From Actinomycetota bacterium (lineage in GTDB: Bacteria > Actinomycetota > Acidimicrobiia > Acidimicrobiales > Ilumatobacteraceae), in contig VFZD01000001.1 of NCBI GenBank assembly GCA_016871295.1, positions 19,553-83,552 on the forward strand: DNA of 64,000 nt. Reading direction: 5' to 3'. The notes beneath the pieces are model-generated. The model had not been told where the DNA came from and searched no databases. It was given only the letters and a program-made list of their open reading frames with translations. Both the position numbers and the translations under genes were made by a program. This document shows, piece after piece, positions 38,041 to 48,370 of this stretch (its first letter is position 1; the number at the start of each line of letters is the position of its first letter).

Positions 38041-39413
38041 CCCAAAAAAGTTTTCAGAACGGTCTCGCGAATGCGGTCGGGTTTGCCGGTTCGGCGTTCG
38101 TGTTTGTCGATCGACTCAGAGAGTTTGATCAGCCCATTGATGCCAACGAATCGCAACGGTTCGATCTCCCAGTTGCGAGATGGATGATTGACCCATGCCA
38201 AACGAGTCAGGTCGTGGTCGTCTTCGCGAATCAAATGGGCGAGTGTTCGCGCAGCGAGGTTGGCTGCCGCCACTCCGTCGCCGACATATCCCCCCAGCGA
38301 CGCCAACCCCGAACGCTTGTCGTAGTTGACGGATGGTTGCCAGTTTCGCGGCACGCCAAGCGGGCCGCCCCAGCGGTGAGTCACAGCGACCTCCGTGCTC
38401 ACGGGGAAGACCGAGTTCATCGAACGAATGATCTTGTCGTGGATCCTTGCGTTGGTGTCGAAATCGGGCTTGACCCGCGAGGCGAAATGATAGGGGGCGC
38501 CCCGGCCACCGAAGGCGATGCGATTGTCGGCGGTGAGTTGGGAATAGATGATCATGTTGCGCGCGTCGTGGTAAGTCTCACGATTTTTCCAGTTGAGTCG
38601 TGCGATTTGTTCGGCCGACAGCGGCGCTGTCGCCACCATATATGAGTAGAGCGGGGCAAGCAGGCGACGATGATCAGCAATTTGCGCGGTGTAGCCCTCG
38701 GTGGCACGAACGATGATTTCAGCGCGGCACCCGTGGTTTGCGGTGCGAATCTGCCTGGGTCGAATCTTGTCGACATGAGAATTTTCGAAGATCTCGACTC
38801 CCAAGTTCAACACGGCTTTGGCCAAACCCCGGACCAATCTCAATGGATGAACGACGGCGCAATGCGGCGTATAGGAAGCGAGCACTAGGTTCGGCACATT
38901 CAGCCTCGCGCGCATCTCGTCGGATGAGATCAACCGATGGTGCTCTTCACCCAAGCCGAATCTTCGGGCTTCTTCAATTTCGTCGCGCACTCTCTTTGCC
39001 TGAACAGCATTGGTTGCGCCATTCAGGGTTCCACCGCGGTGAAATCCGCAATCAATCTGCTCGGCGCGAACGACATGTTCGATTTCGTCGATAGTCGCGA
39101 AACTTTGGCGGTACATCTCGATCGCAGCGGAGCGGCTGAACATTTTCTCGAGTTCGCCGAGCGACATCGGCAATAATCCGCTGACCCAACCACCATTTCG
39201 ACCGCTGGCGCCAAAGCCGACTTGCTGTGACTCGAAAATAGCGAGCCTGATCGCGGGATCCATCTTCTTGAGGTAGTAGGCCGTCCACAAGCCGCTGAAA
39301 CCGGCACCAATGATTGCGACGTCAAATTCTCGCTGTGTCGCAGGTTTCGGTTCGGGGACCACCAAATCTTCGGCCGTGTCTTGCCACAATGAAATCAAAG
39401 CGTCGATGCCCAC
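38037..39413 (-). CDS. FAD-dependent oxidoreductase (DAO family, gamma-glutamylputrescine-oxidase-like)
   Basis: The ORF opens at 39932 but overlaps the esterase gene on the same strand. GTG 39413 (VGIDALISLWQ...) is the first plausible start, and there is no in-frame ATG before the dinucleotide-binding motif FDVAIIGAGFSGLW. Confidence 0.78.
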   Translation of the reverse strand: MGIDALISLWQDTAEDLVVPEPKPATQREFDVAIIGAGFSGLWTAYYLKKMDPAIRLAIFESQQVGFGASGRNGGWVSGLLPMSLGELEKMFSRSAAIEMYRQSFATIDEIEHVVRAEQIDCGFHRGGTLNGATNAVQAKRVRDEIEEARRFGLGEEHHRLISSDEMRARLNVPNLVLASYTPHCAVVHPLRLVRGLAKAVLNLGVEIFENSHVDKIRPRQIRTANHGCRAEIIVRATEGYTAQIADHRRLLAPLYSYMVATAPLSAEQIARLNWKNRETYHDARNMIIYSQLTADNRIAFGGRGAPYHFASRVKPDFDTNARIHDKIIRSMNSVFPVSTEVAVTHRWGGPLGVPRNWQPSVNYDKRSGLASLGGYVGDGVAAANLAARTLAHLIREDDHDLTRLAWVNHPSRNWEIEPLRFVGINGLIKLSESIDKHERRTGKPDRIRETVLKTFLG

Positions 39414-40816
39414 AGTCGACGAAGTTCGGGTTCGGGGTCGCGTACGATGATTTTTTCGGTCGAGATCTGCAATGTTTCGCGGCGTTCGGGATCGAACTCT
39501 TGCCAAGAAACTCGACCAGATCGGGCGAACTCGAGAAGCTCGCCGGTGAAGATCCGGGAGATCTCCTCGCGCCCTGGGCCGCTGCCGATGAACAGTTCGA
39601 CGCTCGGCGCCGCGAGATTGTCGAAGATGAAAGGTAGATCGAGGGCGTGGCAACAGCCGAGTGCGCCGTCGAAGGCGGGCGTCGGCCAAGTGAACCAATA
39701 CATCCAGGTCTTGCCCGACGATTGATTTCGTCGTTCGGCAAGTCGCCAGGCAGGAAAGCGAAAGTTTTGATCGGTCTGCATCGCGGCGACCAATTGCGCG
39801 GGCGAGTGGTTCGGCCTCAGGCGCGAATACGTCCGCCATGCTTCCTCGGCGCGGTCGCCGAAAGTTTTTTGAAAAATGTTCTTGCCCGCATCGGTACTCA
39901 GTTGGGAGGTTTGCGGATTGAGGGCGATCCACAGACGATTCTCATCGCGATTGGTGCCGATCACCAGCGGTATGCCCGAATTCGCCGAGGCTACGTAGAC
40001 GTCTTCGGGCAAGTCGTCGCCACCACATGTGGGGGTGAATGTCGAAACATAGTTTTCGACTTCGGCCAAGATCTTTCCCGACGCGTCGACGATGTCTCGA
40101 CTCGGCAGTTTTTCGAGTTCTTCGATCGTCGCGCACTTGGCCGCAGTCAAAAACTGCTGGTTCGCAATCTCGGCTTCGCGCACCGAGCGCAACTGCAACA
40201 ACGAGGGGCTCATCGCCCAACCTTGCCTAATCAGGCCGTGGACGTTCGGTGAAGCGGTCAAGGCGACGACGCTGCTGCCGCCGGCAGATTCACCGAAAGC
40301 CGTCACATTCTCGGGGTCGCCGCCGAAAGCCGAGATGTTTCGATTCACCCAGCGCAACGCACTCAATTGGTCGAGCAGCCCAAAACTGCGGCTGCCGATA
40401 AACCCGAACGGGCCGAGGCGATAGTTGATCGACACGAGCACGACATCGCCGAGCGAGACGAGGTTCTTGCCGTCGTACCAACTGGTCGCGGCTGTTCCGT
40501 TGGTGAACGCACCACCATGGATCCAAAACAGGACCGGCAGAAGGTTTTTCGGGCTCTTCGGCGCCCAGATATTCAGGTATAGACATTGCTCATCGGCCGG
40601 AATGTTCCGCGTATTGAGAATCTCTTCCATGAACCCGGGCACTTGCGGAGATTGGGCACCGAATTCGACGGCCTGAACCTCGGTCGGGTAACCCGTGATG
40701 TCCTGCGGTTCACGAAACCGTTGGGCGGTGGCATATTGAATGCCCAAAAACCGCAACACATCGTCGCCGACGTCGACACCACGAAAGCGTCCGGAGGGGC
40801 CGTCGACAGTTACCAC
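39395..40816 (-). CDS. Carboxylesterase, type B family
   Basis: 473 aa. Oxyanion-hole region FWIHGGAF and the nucleophile elbow FGESAGG. Confidence 0.88.
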   Translation of the reverse strand: MVTVDGPSGRFRGVDVGDDVLRFLGIQYATAQRFREPQDITGYPTEVQAVEFGAQSPQVPGFMEEILNTRNIPADEQCLYLNIWAPKSPKNLLPVLFWIHGGAFTNGTAATSWYDGKNLVSLGDVVLVSINYRLGPFGFIGSRSFGLLDQLSALRWVNRNISAFGGDPENVTAFGESAGGSSVVALTASPNVHGLIRQGWAMSPSLLQLRSVREAEIANQQFLTAAKCATIEELEKLPSRDIVDASGKILAEVENYVSTFTPTCGGDDLPEDVYVASANSGIPLVIGTNRDENRLWIALNPQTSQLSTDAGKNIFQKTFGDRAEEAWRTYSRLRPNHSPAQLVAAMQTDQNFRFPAWRLAERRNQSSGKTWMYWFTWPTPAFDGALGCCHALDLPFIFDNLAAPSVELFIGSGPGREEISRIFTGELLEFARSGRVSWQEFDPERRETLQISTEKIIVRDPEPELRRLWASTL

Positions 40817-40835
40817 GACTCAAATCTAATCGTCA

Positions 40836-41492
40836 TTGGTTAGATTTGTTTTCGTGTTCGCGCGCATGTTTGGTGATTTTCTGTCACGAGTGTGGCATTG
40901 GTTGCGTGTCAACGCGGCGATCAGCACGGGATCGCGGCAGGCGAGAAAATTCGGCAAGTTCGGCGAGAACTCGCTGATTCTTTTTCCGACGACGACGATC
41001 TTCAACCAACGATACATACATATCGGTAGTCAGACGATGATCGGCGAGTACGTCGCCCTCTCGGCAGGGATGGTCGAGGGGCAAGCCTGTTTGACCGACC
41101 CGGTCGTCAAGATTGGTGACCGATGTCTGATCGGCCGAGGCTCCGGAATTGTCGGGCACTATTCGATTGAAATCGGTGACGATGTCTGGACCGGACATCA
41201 TGTCTACATCACCGACCAGAGCCATGGCTACGAAGATGTAACTCGCCCGATTTCCGCACAATCGCAACCCGAGCGGGCCGTGAAGATCGGCGACGGCTCA
41301 TGGCTCGGCCACGGGGTCGTCGTTTTGCCGGGGTCTTCGATCGGAAAAAATGTGGCGGTTGGCGCAAATTCGGTGGTGACCGGCGAGTTGCCCGATTATT
41401 GCGTTGCAGTCGGCGCCCCGGCGAGGATCATTCGCAGATACTCTGCCGACACTGGTTGGTCGGCGAAAGATTTCAGATCGACAGATCAATAG
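40836..41492 (+). CDS. Hexapeptide-repeat (left-handed beta-helix) acyltransferase
   Basis: 218 aa ORF; ATG 40866 is a likely alternative start. Repeated [LIV]-G-x4 turns (IGDRCLIGRGSGIVG, IGDDVWTG, IGDGSWLGHGVVVLPGSSIGKNVAVGANSVV). Confidence 0.75.
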   Translation: MVRFVFVFARMFGDFLSRVWHWLRVNAAISTGSRQARKFGKFGENSLILFPTTTIFNQRYIHIGSQTMIGEYVALSAGMVEGQACLTDPVVKIGDRCLIGRGSGIVGHYSIEIGDDVWTGHHVYITDQSHGYEDVTRPISAQSQPERAVKIGDGSWLGHGVVVLPGSSIGKNVAVGANSVVTGELPDYCVAVGAPARIIRRYSADTGWSAKDFRSTDQ

Positions 41493-41994
41493 GTGGTTTG
41501 CAACCCGGCATCTCGTTGTCGGCGGCGAAAGTGGCGATCTTCTCGCTGATTGGAAGCCCGTCGACCGGCGTTTCGGCGAAACCAAGATTGATCCCCGAGC
41601 GCAGATCGTTGGCGAAGTCGCGTCGATCCGAAATGTAGACCTCGTAGTCATCCAGCCACAGCGTGACGAGGGCTCGCCCTTTCGGATCGGTTGGCAGCTC
41701 CGCTCGGAACTCTTCGACGAACCTTTGCATCGTGTCGGTCGCACGATCAACGATCATCGCCCGTTCGGCGAGCGCGCTCTGGCCCAAATCATCGACGATG
41801 CGATAGTCGGCCAGCGCCTTTCGCTCTTGCTGTGAGATCAAGCAGCGCTCCTGGGCGCGCTCGGCCCACTGGCGATCGCCGAATTTGTTCACCGATTCTT
41901 TCGTCGCAAAGAACAATGCGTAGACCCACATCGCGATGATCAACAGAATTACGACGCCGAGCAGGGATCTGGCGATTGTCTTCATCTCGCTCAA
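41473..41994 (-). CDS. Hypothetical membrane-anchored protein
   Basis: 173 aa. A single N-terminal TM (LLGVVILLIIAMWVYALFF), then a soluble domain with no motif I recognise. Coding-like codon usage. Divergent from the ABC exporter genes. Confidence 0.5.
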   Translation of the reverse strand: MSEMKTIARSLLGVVILLIIAMWVYALFFATKESVNKFGDRQWAERAQERCLISQQERKALADYRIVDDLGQSALAERAMIVDRATDTMQRFVEEFRAELPTDPKGRALVTLWLDDYEVYISDRRDFANDLRSGINLGFAETPVDGLPISEKIATFAADNEMPGCKPPIDLSI

Positions 41995-42028
41995 CGATAC
42001 GACCCGGAGCGACTGCTAGAACTAATCG

Positions 42029-43801
42029 GTGGCTTCGATCGTAGATGAGAGTGTGACCTCCGACTCGGCCAATCTCGAGGCCAGGTCGAGATTTAGAGAA
42101 GCCGCCGGTTTGGTCGCCAAAATCGTCAAGTTTCATCCGCGATTGTTCGTTACGGCCGTCGCCGGTGCCGCGCTATTTGCGGTGTGCACGGTGGCGTCGT
42201 CGATCGGCCTGCGTTGGATGATCGACAAGGTTATTCTCGTGCGCTTCAACGAAAATCGAAGCGACGCGGGTGCACTCGTCATCGGTTCGGTGATCATCAT
42301 CGGCATCGGGCTGTTGCGCGCCTTTGGCGTGGTCATCAGGCGCAGTTACGCCGGAAAGACCGAGTGGCGAACCGCCGCAACCCTCACCGATCGCGTCTTG
42401 GATCATGTCGTCGCCCAACCCGTCAAATGGCATCGATCGAGAATGACCGGTGACGTCGTGGCTCGTTGCGGTATCGACTCTGACGCGAGCGTGGCGATTT
42501 TGGCCCCACTTCCGTACTCAAGTTCGGTGCTGGTGATGATGCTCGTCTCGGCAGCGTGGATGCTTTACGTTGACATCCCGCTGGGCATCGTCGCGGTGTG
42601 CGTATTTCCGATTCTGTTGTCGCTAAACATCGGTTATCAACGACGAATCGATCGCTATTACAACCAGGCCCAGAAAGAACTTGGCACGCTCTCCGAGGCG
42701 GTGCACGAGAGCTTCGACGGGGTGATGGTCGTGAAGTCGTTCGGTGCCGAGCAGCGTGAAACCGATCGCCTTGCCGTGATCACGGGCCGCTTGCGTGATG
42801 CGCGCATCGACGCTGTCGCGATCAGGTCGATGTTCGAGGCGATGCTCGATGCGATACCCACGTTGATCAACATCGCGTTGATCGTCTTGGGTGCTTTGCG
42901 CGTCCGATCCGGGCAAATGACGGTCGGAGAACTCTCGAGTTTTATCTACCTTTTTACGCTGTTGATGTTTCCGTTGCGGATCATCGGCTACTTGTTTTCG
43001 GAGATTCCCTATTCGGTTGCGGGTTGGCGGCGCATCGACGAAGTCTTGAGTGAAACAATCATTGCCGACCCGATGCGCAAGATCACGACATCTCCGCGAG
43101 GCGTCGGGATTCAAGTCGAAAACCTTTCGTACTCGCACAATCCGGATACGACATTGATCGACGGACTTTCTTTGAAGATCGACAAGGGAAAGACCGTCGC
43201 CCTGGTGGGCGCCACAGGTTGCGGCAAGACGACGTTGCTCCATTTGATGGCCGGTTTGATCGAGCCTTGTGGTGGTTCGATCAGCGTCGGCGACGGGGGC
43301 GTCGCCCTGGTGTTTCAAGAGGCGTTCTTGTTCGCCGACACGCTCGGCTACAACATCACCCTCGGTTCTGAGATTTCTGCCGAGCACATCGAAGAAGCGA
43401 TCGATGTCGCGCAATGTCGCGAGTTTGTCGGCGCGCTCGAAGGCGGTCTCGACACGACGATGGGAGAGCGCGGGGTGAGCCTGAGTGGTGGGCAGAGACA
43501 ACGCGTCGCACTGGCCCGTGCGATCGCCCACAATCGGGCCCTGCTTTTGCTCGACGACACGACATCCGCTCTTGACCCGACGACTGAAGCGAAAGTGCTC
43601 AACAATCTGCGGCTGCTCGCTGGTAGACAAACCGTTTTGATCGTCGCATCACGGCCGTCGACGATCGCGCTGGCCGATGAAGTGTTGTTCATGGCCGACT
43701 ATCGAATCGCTGACCGTGGCACCCACAAGGAGTTGTTGTCTCGAAGTGCCCGTTATCAAGCGCTGATCCGTGCCTTTGAGGATGATCGGCAGAACCGGTG
43801 A
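42029..43801 (+). CDS. ABC exporter, fused permease/ATPase (half transporter 1)
   Basis: 590 aa with a GTG start. Six-TM N-domain, Walker A GATGCGKTT, signature LSGGQRQR, Walker B LLLDDTTSALD. Confidence 0.88.
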   Translation: MASIVDESVTSDSANLEARSRFREAAGLVAKIVKFHPRLFVTAVAGAALFAVCTVASSIGLRWMIDKVILVRFNENRSDAGALVIGSVIIIGIGLLRAFGVVIRRSYAGKTEWRTAATLTDRVLDHVVAQPVKWHRSRMTGDVVARCGIDSDASVAILAPLPYSSSVLVMMLVSAAWMLYVDIPLGIVAVCVFPILLSLNIGYQRRIDRYYNQAQKELGTLSEAVHESFDGVMVVKSFGAEQRETDRLAVITGRLRDARIDAVAIRSMFEAMLDAIPTLINIALIVLGALRVRSGQMTVGELSSFIYLFTLLMFPLRIIGYLFSEIPYSVAGWRRIDEVLSETIIADPMRKITTSPRGVGIQVENLSYSHNPDTTLIDGLSLKIDKGKTVALVGATGCGKTTLLHLMAGLIEPCGGSISVGDGGVALVFQEAFLFADTLGYNITLGSEISAEHIEEAIDVAQCREFVGALEGGLDTTMGERGVSLSGGQRQRVALARAIAHNRALLLLDDTTSALDPTTEAKVLNNLRLLAGRQTVLIVASRPSTIALADEVLFMADYRIADRGTHKELLSRSARYQALIRAFEDDRQNR

Positions 43802-43814
43802 AGCGAGACGATCG

Positions 43815-45608
43815 ATGAACGAGCCCGTCGGAAGATTCACCACCGCCAAAACCATCAATCGCGGTTTTGGCGTAGCACCCGCGCTCTCAAAGGGAATCGG
43901 CGTCACGTTCGTATTGGCCGTCGTCGGCTCGTTGGCCAGGGTCGTGATCCCGGTGACGATTCAACAGACGATCGACAAGGGTCTTCAACCCGACGACATT
44001 CGAATTGGGTTCATCGTGCAGATGGCGGCGGTTGCGGCCGTCTGTGTCGTGGTCGCCTCATTGGCCCTGCGACAGGCGGTGTATCGACTTGGAGTGGGCG
44101 CCGAGAACGGGCTCTATACGATGCGCGTGAAACTCTTCGAGCACATCCATCGACTGAGTCTGGCCGACCACAACGAAGAGAGGCGCGGCGCGTTGGTGTC
44201 GAGAGTGACGAGCGACATCGAAACACTGACGATGTTCTTCTCGTGGGGCGCGCTGGTTTGGCTTCTGGACGGATCGTTGATGTTCGTGGTGGCCTGCGTC
44301 ATGATTTCCTACGATTGGATTTTGGCGCTGGTTGCATTCGCGGTTTCTGCGCCGCTCTATTTCGTGCTTCGCAACTTGCAGCGCCGCCTGGTTGCGGCCT
44401 ATGACGTCGCGCGAGAGAAGAACGCCGAATTGCTCGGCACGGTCAGTGAATTGGTATCTGGCACCGAGACGCTGCGCGCCTATCAGGCCCAAACGCCGAT
44501 GTTGCGCAAGAGCAAGCAGGCGGTGCGCAAGCGCGCCGATGCCCAGATTCGCGCGGGGGTCATCGGCGCATTCTTGTTTCCATCCGGAGAGGTTTTCGCC
44601 GTGTTCACGATCGTGGCGATCATCTGTGTCGGTGTGTTCAGGGGAGTCGACAGCGGTTTGACGGCCGGCTCGATGGTCGGCTTCGTGTTTTTGACATATC
44701 GTTTTCTCGAGCCGATAGCCGAATTCACCGAAGTTGTCGATCAAACCCAGACAGCGGTGGCCGGTCTGCGTCGCGTGTTGGGGGTGCTCGACACCCCGGT
44801 GGGGCCGCCGCAGGCGCCGAACCCCGTCGCATTGCCCAGTCGCGACTTGAATATCGAACTCAAGGACGTGAGTTTCTCTTACAGTTCGCGTCTCGACACA
44901 CAGGACGACGACCTACCCGTGCTTCGCCGCATCAACCTCGAGATCCCCGCGCGCCAGCATGTGGCGCTGGTGGGCGAGTCGGGTTCGGGAAAAACGACCC
45001 TCGCGCGACTGATCGCCCGACTGGCCGACCCGACGATCGGCTCGGTGTTCCTGGGTGGGGTGAACCTGAAGCGAGTCGCCAACGACGAGCTGCGTCGCCG
45101 ACTCGTCGTCGTTCCCCAAGAGCCGTTCTTGTTCGCCGAGTCGATCGCGCACAATCTGTTGTTCGCCGCACCGAACGCCGAACGCGAAGATCTTGAAAAG
45201 GTGATCATGAATCTCGAACTGACCGACTGGGTGCAGTCGTTGCCCGAAGGTCTTGAGACCCAGGTCGGTCAACGCGGGGCATCACTGTCGGCCGGCGAAC
45301 GACAACTTGTGGCGCTGGCTCGGGCCGCATTGACGAACCCCGATGTGCTGATTTTGGATGAAGCAACTTCGGCGGTCGACGCAATCGCCGAGGTGCGATT
45401 GGCCAAAGCCCTGCAAGCCTTGTCGGTCGGTCGAACGACAATTTCAATCGCCCATCGATTGAGCACCGCCACGCGCGCCGATCGCGTAATCGTCTTGGAG
45501 CGCGGTCTTGTGACCGAAGACGGCACCCACGACGATTTGATCGCCAGAGGTGGCGAGTATGCGAAGATTTACGCCCAGTGGCTTTCGGCAACATCCGTGC
45601 AGAATTGA
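43815..45608 (+). CDS. ABC exporter, fused permease/ATPase (half transporter 2)
   Basis: The ORF opens at 43770; ATG 43815 lies after the upstream stop. Walker [10 protein letters not shown], signature LSAGERQL, Walker B LILDEATSAVD. Confidence 0.88.
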   Translation: MNEPVGRFTTAKTINRGFGVAPALSKGIGVTFVLAVVGSLARVVIPVTIQQTIDKGLQPDDIRIGFIVQMAAVAAVCVVVASLALRQAVYRLGVGAENGLYTMRVKLFEHIHRLSLADHNEERRGALVSRVTSDIETLTMFFSWGALVWLLDGSLMFVVACVMISYDWILALVAFAVSAPLYFVLRNLQRRLVAAYDVAREKNAELLGTVSELVSGTETLRAYQAQTPMLRKSKQAVRKRADAQIRAGVIGAFLFPSGEVFAVFTIVAIICVGVFRGVDSGLTAGSMVGFVFLTYRFLEPIAEFTEVVDQTQTAVAGLRRVLGVLDTPVGPPQAPNPVALPSRDLNIELKDVSFSYSSRLDTQDDDLPVLRRINLEIPARQHVALVGESGSGKTTLARLIARLADPTIGSVFLGGVNLKRVANDELRRRLVVVPQEPFLFAESIAHNLLFAAPNAEREDLEKVIMNLELTDWVQSLPEGLETQVGQRGASLSAGERQLVALARAALTNPDVLILDEATSAVDAIAEVRLAKALQALSVGRTTISIAHRLSTATRADRVIVLERGLVTEDGTHDDLIARGGEYAKIYAQWLSATSVQN

Positions 45609-45615
45609 GGCTGTT

Positions 45616-46362
45616 TTGAGGCTTCGCCGGTTCGCCCACGCCTTGATCGCGCTGTCGGTAATGGGTGGTTGTGCGACCGGCGCCGACACGACGGCGATGT
45701 GCCAGCAATCCGACCGATGGAACAGTGCCAGCACCCAGATATCCCTAGCCCTCGACGAGATCGAAACGCTCGAAGCAGGTCGACTTCGCGAGGTGTTCGA
45801 CCAGATATTGCAGACACTGATTCTGTTGAACCAGGCGGCCCCGCGCGAGATACGGCCCGACATCGAATTGTTGTTGAACACCTATGGGGCATTGTCCGAC
45901 GCCTTGGAGCAGATTGATTGGCAAGGAAATCTGGCCGACAAGGACTCGGCGGTTACAAGCGCGGGGGTAAGGCTTTCATCAGAGTCCAACCAGCAGGCTC
46001 AGGCAAACTTGGCCGACTACTTCGGCGACAATTGCAGCACGACGATCGACAATGCCGTCAACAAGTTTCCGAGCGTCGGCACGACATTGCCCGATCCGAT
46101 CATTCAAGAAGAGAACGTCGAACCACCAACGGCGGGCGGCGACAACGAGTCGAGCGTTATTCGAGCATTCGGATATGTGGTGGTCGAACGATTCGGTGTG
46201 GCGATAACCGACGAGCAGGCCGTGTGTGTCGGGGAGAAGCTGCTGAAGAACAATACGGCAGACCCCATTCTCGTTGATCAGACCTATTGGGTCTTGTTGC
46301 AGAACATTTTCGACGAGTGCCAAATCAAAGTGGATGTCGCCAAAGAACTAGAAAAAGATTGA
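45616..46362 (+). CDS. Hypothetical lipoprotein
   Basis: The ORF opens at 45550 inside the exporter gene. TTG 45616, 8 nt after the exporter stop, gives MRLRRFAHALIALSVMGGC, a signal peptide with a lipobox-like MGGC. No recognisable domain. Confidence 0.55.
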   Translation: MRLRRFAHALIALSVMGGCATGADTTAMCQQSDRWNSASTQISLALDEIETLEAGRLREVFDQILQTLILLNQAAPREIRPDIELLLNTYGALSDALEQIDWQGNLADKDSAVTSAGVRLSSESNQQAQANLADYFGDNCSTTIDNAVNKFPSVGTTLPDPIIQEENVEPPTAGGDNESSVIRAFGYVVVERFGVAITDEQAVCVGEKLLKNNTADPILVDQTYWVLLQNIFDECQIKVDVAKELEKD

Positions 46363-46390
46363 ACCTCGCTGATTGCTAGAGTTTGGCGCG

Positions 46391-47068
46391 ATGGAACTGT
46401 TCTTGTGTCGCCACGCCCAGCCCCAATGGGTCGCCGACGGACTTTGTGTCGACAACCCGCCGTTGACCGAACTGGGTCGTCGCCAGGCCGACCTGTTGGG
46501 CAAGCGTCTGGCACGGGAAAGGTTCGACCATATATTCGTTTCGCCGTTGTTGCGCTCACGACAAACGGCCGAGCCGGTACTTGCGGCTTTGAACCGAGAA
46601 GAAGTGATTCAACCTTGGCTCGAAGAGATCCGTAGTCCGGTTTGGCAAGGTTCGCCCGCCGAGCGGGCGAACAAGGCATACAAAGAAGAGCGCGAGAGAT
46701 CGGCGCGCGAGCAATGGCACGGTCTCGAGGGAGGCGAGCCGATGAAAGACTTTGTCGCCCGAATTCACAGCGGTGCCGAAAAGTTTCTGGCCGAGCACGG
46801 CGTCTATCGAATTGAACACGAGTTGCCGATTTGGCACATTGAAAATCCGGGTCAACGAATCACCTGTATCGCCCATGCGGGCACCAACAGCACCGTGATC
46901 TGTCATCTGCTCGGCTTGACCCCGACACCCTGGGAGTGGGAGCGTTTCGTGCTTGGTCACGCCTCGATCACGCGACTAGAGGCGTTCAAGATTGGCGATG
47001 GCTATACGTTCGCTCTTTCGCCCCTGTCCGATCTCGAGCACATTCCTCGCGAAGATCGAACATATTGA
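46391..47068 (+). CDS. Histidine phosphatase (phosphoglycerate mutase-like) family protein
   Basis: ATG 46391 gives MELFLCRHAQP (RHG-type catalytic motif), followed by FVSPLLRSRQTA and a later HAGT histidine. Confidence 0.8.
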   Translation: MELFLCRHAQPQWVADGLCVDNPPLTELGRRQADLLGKRLARERFDHIFVSPLLRSRQTAEPVLAALNREEVIQPWLEEIRSPVWQGSPAERANKAYKEERERSAREQWHGLEGGEPMKDFVARIHSGAEKFLAEHGVYRIEHELPIWHIENPGQRITCIAHAGTNSTVICHLLGLTPTPWEWERFVLGHASITRLEAFKIGDGYTFALSPLSDLEHIPREDRTY

Positions 47069-47102
47069 AAAGTGGCGGAGGATCTCACCTCTCCGCCACT
47101 TC
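47069..47102. terminator. Bidirectional stem-loop terminator between convergent genes
   Basis: AAGTGGCGGAG / CTCCGCCACTT, an 11-bp stem with a 12-nt loop. On the minus strand it is followed by TTTTCAATAT, so it fits best as the terminator of the M23 peptidase gene. Confidence 0.55.
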
Positions 47103-47118
47103 GATGTCGAGCAGATGT

Positions 47119-48291
47119 TTACGGTTGTGGGAGCACTTCCGTTACATGACATGCATCGACAGCCTTGATCATCGGATAGGGATTGATCGCCTCGCCACCA
47201 CCAGGGTGCACCTCGAAGTGCAGATGTGAGTTTCCGGCGTTTCCGGTTGCGCCCATGTAGCCGACGATTTGACCGGCTCGAACAGTCGAACCGACTGTGA
47301 TCCCCGGCGCGAACGAGTCGAGGTGGGCGTAAAAAAAGTAGGTCGAATCAGGCGCGGTCAGACGAAGCGCATTTCCGCTCAGCTTCGAATCAGCACCGTA
47401 CATTTTTGTGATCGTTCCGTCGACGACCGCGTAAAGAGCCAAACCTTTTGGTCCGACTATGTCGACACCGATGTGCAAGCGGCCACCAGGTCGCGACTCG
47501 TGCCAACTATCGACGAACGAACATCGGCCCTGCGACGGAAACACGCCGATCTGCGGGATGCCAAGAGTCGCCAAATCGGGCAGGACCCCCAAGGCGATAG
47601 CCGTCGGCAGGTCAACTGCGCCGGTCGCATTGAGTCCGCGGGCGAGCTGAAAATTCGTCACCGAGATCGTTGTCGCGACTCCGAAGATGCCGTCGGCGCC
47701 ACCCTTGACCTCGATCGCGTTGGCGATCAGTTTTTCCTGTACCAGTCGAACCGCATCGCTTCTTTGGCCGCGGGCCGGCAATGTACTTATGGTGAGCATT
47801 CCCTCGACCGGGGCAGTCGTCGGTGTCACAACCGCGGATACCGGCGCTACAGCAGGAACCACAACCGGAGCGACGGCTGCAGTCTTCGAAACCTTCTCGG
47901 GTTTTGTTGCAACTGGCGTCACGGCAGGGGCAGCGACCGCTGTCGCCGCCGCCTTCACCTTTTTGGCTGGCGGTTGATCGGCGGCGATCAAACCAAGAAA
48001 CTTGGCCGTGCGTTCGTCGAGGCGACCGGTTGGTTTGAAACCCACGACCTTTTGGAAGTTCTTGAGGGTGGCCTGGGTCGTAGCCGAAAATACGCCGTCG
48101 GCCCCGCCCTTGAGCGTGAAGCCTCGGGCGATGAGAGCCTGTTGCAGTCGCACAACCGTCGGACCTGAGTCACCAAACACGGGCAACGCCGCTCCCGCGG
48201 TCGGCGCTGCGCTGACGCTCGGCACGACCGAACCGAGGCTAAAGATCGAGCCGATGATGAGACTGGCGAAGAATTTCGCTTTTCCTGACAT
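47119..48291 (-). CDS. Secreted peptidoglycan-binding M23 family metallopeptidase
   Basis: 390 aa. Signal peptide, two PG_binding_1-like repeats (VVRLQQALIARGFTLKGGADGVFSATTQATLKNFQ; VRLVQEKLIANAIEVKGGADGIFG), an Ala/Pro/Val linker, and a C-terminal M23 core (HIGVDI...YAHLDSF...GNSHLHFEV). Confidence 0.88.
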   Translation of the reverse strand: MSGKAKFFASLIIGSIFSLGSVVPSVSAAPTAGAALPVFGDSGPTVVRLQQALIARGFTLKGGADGVFSATTQATLKNFQKVVGFKPTGRLDERTAKFLGLIAADQPPAKKVKAAATAVAAPAVTPVATKPEKVSKTAAVAPVVVPAVAPVSAVVTPTTAPVEGMLTISTLPARGQRSDAVRLVQEKLIANAIEVKGGADGIFGVATTISVTNFQLARGLNATGAVDLPTAIALGVLPDLATLGIPQIGVFPSQGRCSFVDSWHESRPGGRLHIGVDIVGPKGLALYAVVDGTITKMYGADSKLSGNALRLTAPDSTYFFYAHLDSFAPGITVGSTVRAGQIVGYMGATGNAGNSHLHFEVHPGGGEAINPYPMIKAVDACHVTEVLPQP

Positions 48292-48370
48292 TTCTGCTCC
48301 CGTGTGAGATCCGGTTAAGGGATCGGCACTTGGGCTCAGAACTTGAGGAAAATCTCACTCAAAATAATCA

